The notes under the pieces: generated by a model
The model's database searches: none
Told to the model about the DNA's origin: nothing
What the model saw: only the letters and a program-made list of their open reading frames with translations
From: Ginkgo biloba
Lineage: Eukaryota > Plantae > Ginkgophyta
Assembly (NCBI GenBank): GCA_024626585.2
Contig: JANKJI020000002.1
Coordinates: 252,332,173-252,351,324, forward strand
Reading direction: 5' to 3'
DNA: 19,152 nt
Shown: piece by piece, positions 9,815-19,152 of the stretch
How the letters are laid out: each line of letters begins with the position of its first letter
Position numbering within the stretch: position 1 is the first letter of the stretch
Position numbers and translations under genes: made by a program

Positions 9815-11526
9815 NNNNNNNNNNNNNNNNNNNNNNNNNNNNNNNNNNNNNNNNNNNNNNNNNNNNNNNNNNNNNNNNNNNNNNNNNNNNNNNNNNNNNN
9901 NNNNNNNNNNNNNNTTTATGCAAAAAATTATGTGTTTTGGACAATCATATGGATTTTTCCCTACTCCTTACAATCATTATCGAATATTATTGCATCATAA
10001 TGTGTAATAGGTATTGTGGCACCATTTACAATCCTTTTTCCCTTGTACATACCACATTTGTTGTAGCTTGTTGAAATCTCTATTCACCTATTATTGCCTT
10101 GATTATTGCTTAGTCAGTAGCAAACAAGACAAGCCCATGGATGATCACGTGGGAATGTAGGCCCATGTCTTCCAAATACATAGGTAAATTTAAGCCTTCG
10201 ATTGTGGTCCTATAGTATCAGATGGCATGGAAAACAAAATAAATAAAGTCACGACACTAGAATCTTTTGCTAGCAATTGTGTGACATCAAGATTTAGATC
10301 TGGCATAGTGTCACTCAATTCATTAATTGATTCTTTGTGTCCTATCAAGTATTTGCACATAATCCTTATTGTAATTAAAATGATGATTGTGGCATATGAT
10401 CCACCATGCACATCCTTCCACCTTTTGTTTTCTACGGCACCATAGAACATGTCAAACAAGCATGCCTTTTTCCTGCTCTAGCTTATAGCAGCTTCATGCA
10501 AACTATTTAAGGCCTAATAGCTTGAGTTAACTATGTTTTACAAGTATTAGAATAGCTTCTGTTGTCTTTAGCTAGTCAAAATGAAAAATAGGTTTTCCAC
10601 ATGCATCATGCTCTTTTTGTACAAATTGTACTTAACATGCATTTTTGGTTAAAGAATTTTTTTGGGGGGAAGGAATGATGTAGAGAGCTAATCACAAGCT
10701 TTTTCATCCAATCAAAGAGCTACTCCTTGGGGGTTTCATCGCTGTATCTACAAGCGTTCTCATAGAGATTCCTTATTCTCAAAAGCTGTATTGATCATAT
10801 CCTTCCAATTTTTTGATTCATTCAAGTTTTTCATGTTTTCTTATTTGTATTGAATTTATATATTGCAGTTTCAAGAATGTCAGGCACATCTTAGCTTTGT
10901 AAATATGCTCTAGTTCATAATTAGTGTACTTATTTAGTCTCACATTCTTGTGCATAATTTATTTAGGGTTCATTGTTCCTGAATCCTAATTTGATAACAA
11001 GATTTATTGTGCTAAAGATTCTTGCACTTCTCTTTATAATGGTTTTTGCATTCAAGCCATTCCAGGCTTCATATTCCAGGTTCAGAGGAACAATGCTTAA
11101 TACTACTTATCCCCGGAGGAATCACCAACTCTGGATCTATTTGGAATCTCATGTCTTTAAGGGTGTTATTGTATTGGGCACTTTTGGTTCCAATCCCCGA
11201 AATGTTGGTTTTATTTTCAGTTATTGGTAATGCATACCTCATTTTGCACTTAAGTTTCTAGGTTTGCAAATTCTAATCAATCAACTTGAGGACCCTATGT
11301 CTAATTCTACAGGTATCCACTCAAGTTTCAACTATACCATTTGATGTTCCTCTGAAACAAATTTCCACAACCTCTNNNNNNNNNNNNNNNNNNTGAGCAT
11401 GTATGCAGAAGTTAAGTTATCATTTGTACAATATGTCAAAGATGGCCCCTAACTGGCCATAGACCTCTGTTTTCATTTATTTCACCTTTTGATAGCAAAG
11501 GCACTCATTGGGTGTACTTTGTTCTC

Positions 11527-11611
11527 AGGTACTTTCCTTTTTGGTTCTTTTCTACAAGGATCTGCTTACTAACTTTTCTACAAGGATCTCCTTTACTACA
11601 AGGTACTTTCC
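11527..11611. repeat. Mosaic of short direct repeats
   Basis: CTTTTCTACAAGGATCT occurs at 11547-11563 and 11573-11589, CTACAAGG again at 11596-11603, and AGGTACTTTCC at 11527-11537 and 11601-11611. Confidence 0.9.
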
Positions 11612-12949
11612 ATTGATTTGGACTGCCCTGAAGTTGAACTNNNNNNNNNNNNNNNNNNNNNNNNNNNNNNNNNNNNNNNNNNNNNNNNNNNNNNNNNNNN
11701 NNNNNNNNNNNNNNNNNNNNNNNNNNNNNNNNNNNNNNNNNNNNNNNNNNNNNNNNNNNNNNNTCCATCATGAGTTGTGGATCTCATTGAACCCTTTTAG
11801 GAAATATTCAAACATAATATGGCAGATAAACTCAATGCAGGGGCAACAAGACAACTCTTCCTCTTTTTAAAAAGGTGTTGATTGAAGATCGTATGTTAAG
11901 GATGGAAATTCTATACAGAAAAATCATTAGATCAGACAGCCAATTAAATTACTAAGATCAACAATAATTAGTGCGGTTACTAAGTGGTGATTAACTACTA
12001 GCTCACCTTGAGCTTCGTGTTTTTAAGAGCTTAAAATGCAGTTCCATGGATGGGGCAGGGTGTTGCTAATACTCAAGATCATGCCTGGAGGATCTATTAT
12101 AAACCGTTGAAATAGAACATGTGGGAAGAACTCNNNNNNNNNNAATTTTATTAATAAAATAATTTTTATTTTATGTTACTTAACTTACGATTTACTCTAG
12201 CTACTAATATTTTTCTGGAAAGGATGTACACACTGGGCTCTAGCTTGTTTGGTCTCTCACGACTATCTGCTCCTTGATCCTGGAAGTTGAGCATTCAGTT
12301 TAACTCATTGTTATTGAGTTGTGTTGTCATCTGTGAACCTTGAAAGATTTGCCAATGGTAATGGTCATCAGTGAATGTTAAGCACATACTCCTTGGGCTG
12401 TCTTTAGGGATTTGCCCGCATCCATATTTCTGCTACTGTTATGTGAGTTGTTGGCAGTCAAACCTAACAAGCATTAGAAAATCCACCAGCTATGCAGTTT
12501 ACTGCCCAAGTTAAGTGGAATGGCATTTCCATTGTGAGTTTGACAGATGTCGGCTCAATCCAACTGGCGGTGCCTTGCATGAGTGGTGTTACATGATTTC
12601 ACCTTTACTAAAAGCATTTTATCCAGTCATCATCACCTTAAAAAACTCTTCATCTTCATGTGGGTAGATGGTTTGTGGAGAATACAAGAAATCAATTAGA
12701 TATTTCTAGCCTCCACAAAATTCATTCTCTGATTTACATTTAAACCTGGAGGACAAGGGCTTGAAGCACAGGGATCTGTTGGAGACTCACAAGTTATTCC
12801 CTCTTAAGAAANNNNNNNNNNNNNNNNNNNNNNNNNNNNNNNNNNNNNNNNNNNNNNNNNNNNNNNNNNNNNNNNNNNNNNNNNNNNNNNNNNNNNNNNN
12901 NNNNNNNNNNNTTCAGTGGTGACACATTGAGTATGCAAACCTCGACGTA

Positions 12950-13790
12950 GTAAAAGTTCCAGAAACACTCAACATATGCACATAACAAAATGAAAAGACA
13001 TGCTTTTGCATGTGCTGCGAAATAGTGTGACACTCTCTTGAGCAAATTGACAAACTTCATGTACTTCAAAAACAACTTCTTTCAAAGATCTGAACACAAT
13101 TGGCAAGAACCGTACGACATACAATTGGCTTAATTTTTACAAGAACAATCAATGCAAGAGCATACAAAGAAGTTTGAAGGACTACACAGTAAAACAATGA
13201 TGATTGATCAAGTAGCAATGATGTTTTTTACATCAGTAGCATGTGGTTGCAAATTGGAGGAAAAGTATGGATATCGCAAGAAATAAGGAAATTAGATACA
13301 CGGCAATACGAATTGATACATGATCCCACAATAATGACAGCCCTACAGCAGAGACAACTCACCAAAAAAAAATTGCATGACAGGAGGAAGAAGTCACAAC
13401 GATAGAGGGTCAAACCAAGCAAAATAAGAAAGGAGGAATGAAGATGAGGAAACCTCTACTATGAATGTGACGAACCTTGGACAGGAGACCATGCTAAACT
13501 CTGCAAAAATAGAAGGAAACACTTCTACTAGATTGAAGCTAAAAAAGAAAACCAAGAAAACGATGATGATGATGAACAAAATCAACAGGAACAAAATGAA
13601 GATGATGAAAATCTCATTCATGAACTGTACATTAGCACAAATCAACTTGCCATTTTCCTTCACTGTGTAGATAGGCTTCCAAAGGCTTGATACACTAAAA
13701 ATAATTGGTTTTATTTTATAGTCAAGGTGACATTACTTTTTTTCTTTGGTAATTCTCACAATTTTATCGACTTGTGCAAGGTAATATAGT
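12950..13790 (+). mobile_element. Degenerate Ty3/gypsy chromovirus-type (Reina/Tekay-like) gag-protease remnant
   Basis: Motifs in order are LQEQSMQEHTKKFEGL (cf. LKQTGSVxEY...FE.L), the knuckle GNLYYECDEPWTGDHAKLCKN (cf. GLCFxCDEPWxxGHxC), the acidic linker ENQENDDDDEQNQQEQNEDDEN, then IFLHCV...DTLKIIGFI...KVTLL..FGNSHNFID (cf. ISLHAL...TLKI.G.I....V.VLIDSGSTHNFID). Confidence 0.85.
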
Positions 13791-14399
13791 AAGATGGTGC
13801 GTCGTTAGAGTGGTAATTATTGAATAAGGAACCTAAAGATAACCCTCAAAGGGTCCTAGATCATTTGCTGGGATTTTTCCTCTGAAGCTGTAATATCAAC
13901 ATAAGAGTTATTTGATATGGTTATCTTGATTTCTATGATAAACCCCCCCTTGAAAGGTGAGAGATTTCATTTATGATATGGATATTAGAAGTGGTGGATT
14001 ATTGAATGGATCTTTTAAGATGAGATATATACTTCCTAATGTTTTCAAGTGATTCTTTGAGGATGTAAATATTATAAGATGTTTTGTTTGTGCTTTCCTT
14101 CACTAACTAGTGTAGGTTCCTCTTCCCATAGTAAGAGGAGGGATCCTCAAGGTTTTATAAATCCTCCATTAGGAATGAAAGACCATTTATAGGGGATCAC
14201 TCACCATTAGAGAGAAGATTTCCATCTCTATAATTCATAAATATTTACGAAGAATGATCGAGGGGAGGGAAGTGGGAAGTGAATATAATGCATGCAAAAG
14301 GGGATGCCATTGCAAAAGGTGGTGGGTTGAAGAAATAATGTGAATTAATTGGTAGTTATAGGGGATATATAGAGTGTATCCCTTATTATTGCAGGGGGA

Positions 14400-14551
14400 A
14401 TAAATGAAATTACCTCTTCACCCTCTTTTATCCTAACCCCCATGTTAGCCATGAAGTTAGCCACTTTATTCTTAACTCAAAAGATATGTTTAAATTTCAC
14501 TATTTCAAAGTAGTGAAGGAGGTATTATTCTTCATATAGAGAATATTTTAG
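14400..14551 (-). mobile_element. RNase H (RVT_3-type) C-terminal fragment, probably from a plant L1 LINE
   Basis: Reads LLHYFEIVKFKHIF*VKNKVANFMANMG (cf. HIFREGNKVADxLANxG). 13800-14400 may be its 3' UTR. Confidence 0.7.
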
Positions 14552-14651
14552 NNNNNNNNNNNNNNNNNNNNNNNNNNNNNNNNNNNNNNNNNNNNNNNNN
14601 NNNNNNNNNNNNNNNNNNNNNNNNNNNNNNNNNNNNNNNNNNNNNNNNNNN

Positions 14652-15874
14652 AAGCAAGAAAGGAAGCTCATAGTTGCCTTAGGCAGGATAATAGTGGCAT
14701 GTGAACCATTTTAAGCATAGAGGCATCCTTGACGAATCACATGGTGAATAGAATGGTGGAATTACTTCTAGTTGGCTTTGTCCTCACAATGGTTTAATGA
14801 CAAGGGTGCAAAGAGGGTCTAGAAGGAGGTAGAAACTAAGTTTCTCCACTCTATTCTTATTCTTAGTCACAAAGTTTAAGTGGTGCCCGTGCTTCTCCAA
14901 TGACAACTGGCTTGTGTTTGCAAGCCAAGCTAGTTGAAAGCTTGAATGTTTTCTAGGATCTCAAATTTTCACATCAAGTTGCAAGAGTTGTAGTATGACA
15001 TATGCCAAGTTGTTATGGATCGTGATGTGGTCCACCGATTCATCAACTCTTTTTGGTTGGCCTCCAAACCCTTAACCTTTGCTCCCTCTCATGGTTCACG
15101 ACTTGGGATCAAGTAAAATGCATAAAATGGCTACTATTAGTCCCATCTCCACTGTGTTATTGAATCATGTGTGATCCAGAATGTCATTGATCAAGGTAGT
15201 AAAATTGTATGCAATTGGGAGGTTAATCTAATGAAGTTTGATATGGTGACCTTCCCCTCATTGTTCTTCATTGTTAAAATTTCACTACGCTTAGGTTTTT
15301 CGACTATCATGTGTAGTTTGGCCTCTTGGTTATCTAGTTTTGTTGCTAAGTTTGATTCAATGTGAAGTTGTCCTTTGGAGCCAACTTTGTCTTTGTGTAT
15401 TGAACTTGGGTGGTCCACCTCAACCCTTGCATATTAAATTTTAAATCTGTGCAACCTCAGAATAGTCCTACATGACAAACATATTTGCAATTCTATTGTT
15501 CTTTGTAACTCAATTTGGTAGAGATTAACCTATGTCCTCATGATGGATTTTGTGCCAAGAATTGGGCTAGACACTACAATAGCAATCATTTGCATGATAT
15601 CTTCTCAATTTTTTATTCTATAGTGGATTTTTTTTTTTTTTTTTGATACCATGTTGACGTTAAAAAAATGGCACAATCCCCAATGCATCCAAGTGTAATC
15701 GAAACTAGTGAGTTTTATGCAACGCATGAAATAGATTAGGATTTAGTTAAGGAATAAGTTTCTTACCTAACAATAACACAAGGGTATTGTGTTAGACTAG
15801 AATCAGGGTGGCAATAGTATGAGATTTTCAGGATTGCATAGAAAGTACAAAGTATAGTTGGATTCTTAACAACA
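14652..15874 (-). mobile_element. LTR + PBS(Met) + decayed internal leader/gag of an LTR retrotransposon (possibly copia)
   Basis: Minus strand reads ...ACGTCAACA|TGGTATCA at 15660-15644, an LTR CA end directly followed by the PBS(Met) core. A candidate other LTR end CAACA at 15870-15874 gives a TGTTG/CAACA TIR. The internal part has no clear domain apart from a VWRP motif. Confidence 0.5.
15628..15644. repeat. poly(T) run of 17 nt
   Basis: Seen directly. A similar T run lies at 2720-2738 next to a gap. Confidence 0.9.
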
Positions 15875-16069
15875 TTGATTAGCTTCACACAAACAAAATA
15901 GATGTACGATAAAAGACAATGTGCAATAAAGGCAAATTAGCATCAATAGCATTAGTTTAATTTGAATGTGGGCTTAGTACTTCATATGGTAAGACGTACA
16001 TGTTTTCTCATGAAATCAAATATAAGCAAAATGCCGCTAACAACAAATGCACATGAGAAGAACTGTAAT

Positions 16070-16558
16070 GTAAGTTAATAGGAGCCGGGTATGGGAATGG
16101 ATGGGGACAAGAACCAGTACGAGTACAACACTTTTCAACATTTTAACATAAGAGGATGGTAAATTTTAGGGTTTCAAAAAATATATTTAAAAAAAGGCAT
16201 GCTAAAAATATCAAAATAGAAATGTCACATAAATGATAAATGTTTGCATGCTTAAAATATTTTGGAGGTTTTATATTTATGCATGAAATCTTTCATAAAA
16301 GGTCACGTTGGGGTTTATTTTTCCTACTTCAACACTTTTTGTTTTTTACTTAAATATCAAGGAAGAAATGGAGGGAAATGCCACTTTTTAGCGAAGAAAC
16401 AACTAGGATACACTTGTTACCTATAACCATATGGGATATGGTTGGGATACAAACCAAAAATGTTTTCAAGTAGTATTTGTGCCGTACCCACTNNNNNNNN
16501 NNNNNNNNNNNNNNNNNNNNNNNNNNNNNNNNNNNNNNNNNNNNNNNNGGTAACTTGG
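16070..16558. mobile_element. Probable degenerate hAT-type MITE
   Basis: Ends are TAAGTTA ... GGTAACTTGG (imperfect TIR). GC-rich subterminal GGGTATGGG/GTACGAGTAC/GGGATAC/CCGTACCC motifs at both ends surround an AT-rich core. No intact TSD. Confidence 0.5.
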
Positions 16559-16719
16559 GATACAACTAAAAAATAGATGGCCTTTTGGGTTTATAATCAT
16601 GCTTTAACACACGACATTTTACTAGCAGTAAATGACTACGAGATTACAAAAAGACAAAGGATATCTTTCGCAATTCAGAAAAGGATTAAGGATAAAACGT
16701 TTTGTCATGGCATAAAAGA

Positions 16720-18445
16720 GGACCATTGAGATCTTCTCAAAGGATAGGAAGGAAATATAAGACTAAAGGAAGGAATAAAAGGCAATTTCATAAGGCTAAA
16801 TAGTAAAATGGATAGATAATCCCCTTAGCCCCTATACAACCTAAAACCTGGGTCATATCAAACTCATAAGACAAATTCGAAACCATGATAGCACCTTTCA
16901 ATAATTAAAAGTGAATATTAGGAAATTAGAGTAAACATCACAAAGGAGGCAAAGTGGTGGCCTACATAGTCTGAGTGCAAGGTAATCTCGTCACAAAAGT
17001 CGATCCAACTTGGGTGTGTCGTTCCAAAGTTGTAGAGGCACCAGGGGTCCCAAGAAAAGCCCTAGAACTCAATAGAAGGTTGTAAGGTGATACATATGTT
17101 GTAGGAATCAAACCATAACCGATGAGATAGCACAACTCATAAGAATGTTGAAGGAGAATGATACATCTCCATTAACTCCATGGCTCGATGGCATGAGATC
17201 TTGAACACNNNNNNNNNNNATTTACACTTTCAAGAGGCAACGGGCTAGTGGAGACACTCAGTGGATAGACACATCTCTACAAAATAGAACAACAAGTGAG
17301 GGTACAAGGGTTTATCGAGGTCGATCTACCTCTTAGCATTGTAAATAGATCTGCAACACAACCCTAAAAGGCATGGGTGTTATAGGAGCTTCATGGAAAT
17401 GCATTAACACCAAAAGAGAAAGAGTAAATGCATTGGTAGGATAGTAATAGGATAGAGGATGGATGTGAATGCTATCTAGCAAAATGATATTAGCCATACG
17501 TCTCTTCTTCCATGGGCTCGCCCCCACTAAATAGAAACCATGGATTTTAATGGCAAAATCAACAATTGAAATCGTTTCAACTGACAGAACAACCATAGTA
17601 ACTAATGCCTTATGAAGTTAGAGTTATTCCCTACTTGATAATAATGGATTATATAATAGGCCTTGTGACCTCATGGAGCTTAATAGGACCAAGAGCTTCA
17701 GAGGACATCCCAAGAGCTAAGTTGGCTAGAGAGAAAAAAGAGCTTCCAAGAAGATATTTATTAGGCATTAGATGGGTGCACAACACAAGGATGAAGGCAA
17801 ATAGGCAAGGAATTACAACCAATCCAATAGCCATCATATTATAGTAAAATGCCATTATAAACTCCTGCATAATGCAATATCAAATCTAACTATAGACACA
17901 CTGGGACAATCCCCCAACTATGTTATTACATGGCTTATTAATGACAATAACAAATTTATTATAGCAAAACTTTATTTGTCCAATGTAACCTTGGGTTGAC
18001 CTCGAGTCTTTATACCATCATTTGCAATAGAAAATAGAACATAGGCTATGATTGGAGGAAAAATTGGGAGGAATATATGAACTAAGCTAAACCAATATCA
18101 ATTGACTCTTAGCATTAGTTGACATTTCATTTTATAAAAGAATAAACAAGGCTATTTTCGCAACATTGCAACTAGATATGAAGGCTAGATTAATGAGACC
18201 ATCCAAATTCAAATTTTTTCGAGGATATTTCCACTCCTATGGATTCCTATACCACCTAAAGTCAATGCATATGTAGGTTATGCTCAATGGAGGTTAAAAT
18301 GTAAGAGCATTTCCTGTTTCAATGCCTAATGCATTACTAGCTCGAAGGTAGATACTACTACTTATTCAAAGACTTAGGAAGGTCTCTATCCATTTTCATC
18401 TCATATGAGGATCAAAGACATATGGCTCTTTTCCTCCACAAATAA
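16720..18445 (+). mobile_element. Heavily decayed RTE-X-like LINE ORF2 (RT through C-terminal zinc knuckle), copy 2
   Basis: The C-terminus is clear: ICRLCSMEVKM*EHFLFQCLMHY*LEGRYYYLFKDLGRSLSIFISYEDQRHMALFL (18269-18436). Weaker collinear RT echoes lie upstream: EIFS..KRLKEG..IVKW (~16730-16820), VVPKL*R/GVPRKALELNRRL* (~17020-17085) and VRVIPYLIIM (~17620-17650). The 5' extent is uncertain. Confidence 0.65.
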
Positions 18446-18809
18446 CACCTTTTGAATGAGAGTGTGTAAAGCGTAGTAGACAAGATGCAATGTATCATCA
18501 GTCATCTAACCCTTGGCCCCACAATGGGGCATAAATGCCCCTTGAGCTCAAATAGGGATTGACAAATATTTAGCCAATGTTAGCGAGCCACGCTAGCAGT
18601 CAGCCATCTGAACAATCCTTTAGGACACATCCTTAGAAGCTAGTAATGCCATATGAGAAGTAAGGGATGGGAACAAGTCTTCGATCTAACTACAACACTG
18701 TCTTTGAAAAGAGAAGCAGTCTAAGACAAATGCAATTTGAGGAGGGTATGTAACCACCATGACACTGAACTAACCACAACAAGAAATTGGGGGAAAGGCT
18801 TGGCTACTT

Positions 18810-19152
18810 GAGGTCAATCCACACAAGGGATTTATAAATGAAATGAAACTTCAATAGATTACTTAGAACATAAGAATAGATCAAAAACAAATTCAAAAAA
18901 ATAGACTGATTATATCCAGGGTTCAAACACTCCAATATGATAGAAGTCAAAGATCAATAGTATATGAATACAAGATAATCTTACATGGTATCCTTGAGAA
19001 CCCATTTATATAGAGGCATTCTTTCTTAGAGAGAAAGAATGCATAGGTTACCCATGTTAATTAACCAGAATTCCTGATAAACTTTCACGATGTATTTTGT
19101 ACATTAATGTAACTTCACTTTAGAAGTCTTTTATTTATTTTAGTTCATCAAA
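18810..19152 (-). mobile_element. Possible LTR fragment running off the window
   Basis: Minus-strand TATA context CCTCTATATAAATG (~19016-19003) is followed by T-rich R/U5-like sequence. Termini are not identified. Confidence 0.3.

Larger units (their letters stand above)
830..19152 (-). other. Probable very large TE-filled intron upstream of the DJ-1 exon
   Basis: The exon starts at a splice acceptor in mid-protein. I found no upstream DJ-1 exon (expected SRGPGT.MEF...LVEQL.GKEK and linker ending ...W...P[Q/K]) in the readable sequence, which is mostly TE debris. An exon could be hidden in an N gap. Confidence 0.65.

Noticed and set aside
12001-12133. Strong minus-strand donor AAG|GTGAGC as a candidate upstream DJ-1 exon
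   Set aside because: The phase-0 frame has a TAA nine codons upstream and shows no DJ-1 linker similarity.
13394-13670. Hydrophobic, membrane-like ORF (- strand) and K/M/N-rich ORF (+ strand)
   Set aside because: They are the antisense and off-frame shadows of the acidic gag-protease linker of the chromovirus remnant.
17333-17870. Minus-strand ORFs that superficially resembled a CRE/RLE-type RT (LLGSS..LA...GPI)
   Set aside because: No flanking RT motifs on that strand. The region is better explained as the antisense of the plus-strand LINE remnant.
1-19152. CRISPR array, operon or prokaryotic defence system
   Set aside because: This is eukaryotic intronic DNA with no regularly spaced repeats and no intact multi-gene cluster. 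The periodic N blocks are missing or masked data, not biology.

Overview
This is AT-rich, gappy (many N runs) eukaryotic nuclear DNA from a land plant. The gene structure and TE families suggest a large-genome gymnosperm or fern (inference). The only host coding sequence is one 201-nt, phase 0/0 internal exon on the minus strand (629-829) of a two-domain plant DJ-1/PfpI (glyoxalase III-type) gene. No neighbouring exon is visible, so 830-19152 appears to be one intron of at least ~18 kb packed with decayed transposons. These are: a hAT (BED-like zinc finger + DUF659) transposase pseudogene; a nested stack of minus-strand LTR elements (two non-chromovirus Ty3/gypsy gag-pol remnants plus a younger, CpG-rich LTR insertion carrying two different primer-binding sites); a plus-strand chromovirus-type gag-protease remnant; an L1-type RNase H remnant; two divergent, oppositely oriented copies of an RTE-X-like LINE; another LTR+PBS(Met); and hAT-type MITEs. 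I see no convincing new protein-coding system, CRISPR array or RNA gene. The most unusual signals are the LTR-PBS(Met)-leader-PBS(Lys) arrangement with a U5/PBS hairpin at 3862-4444 and the RTE-X-like LINE pair. All family assignments come from manual translation and remembered motifs, not from database searches.
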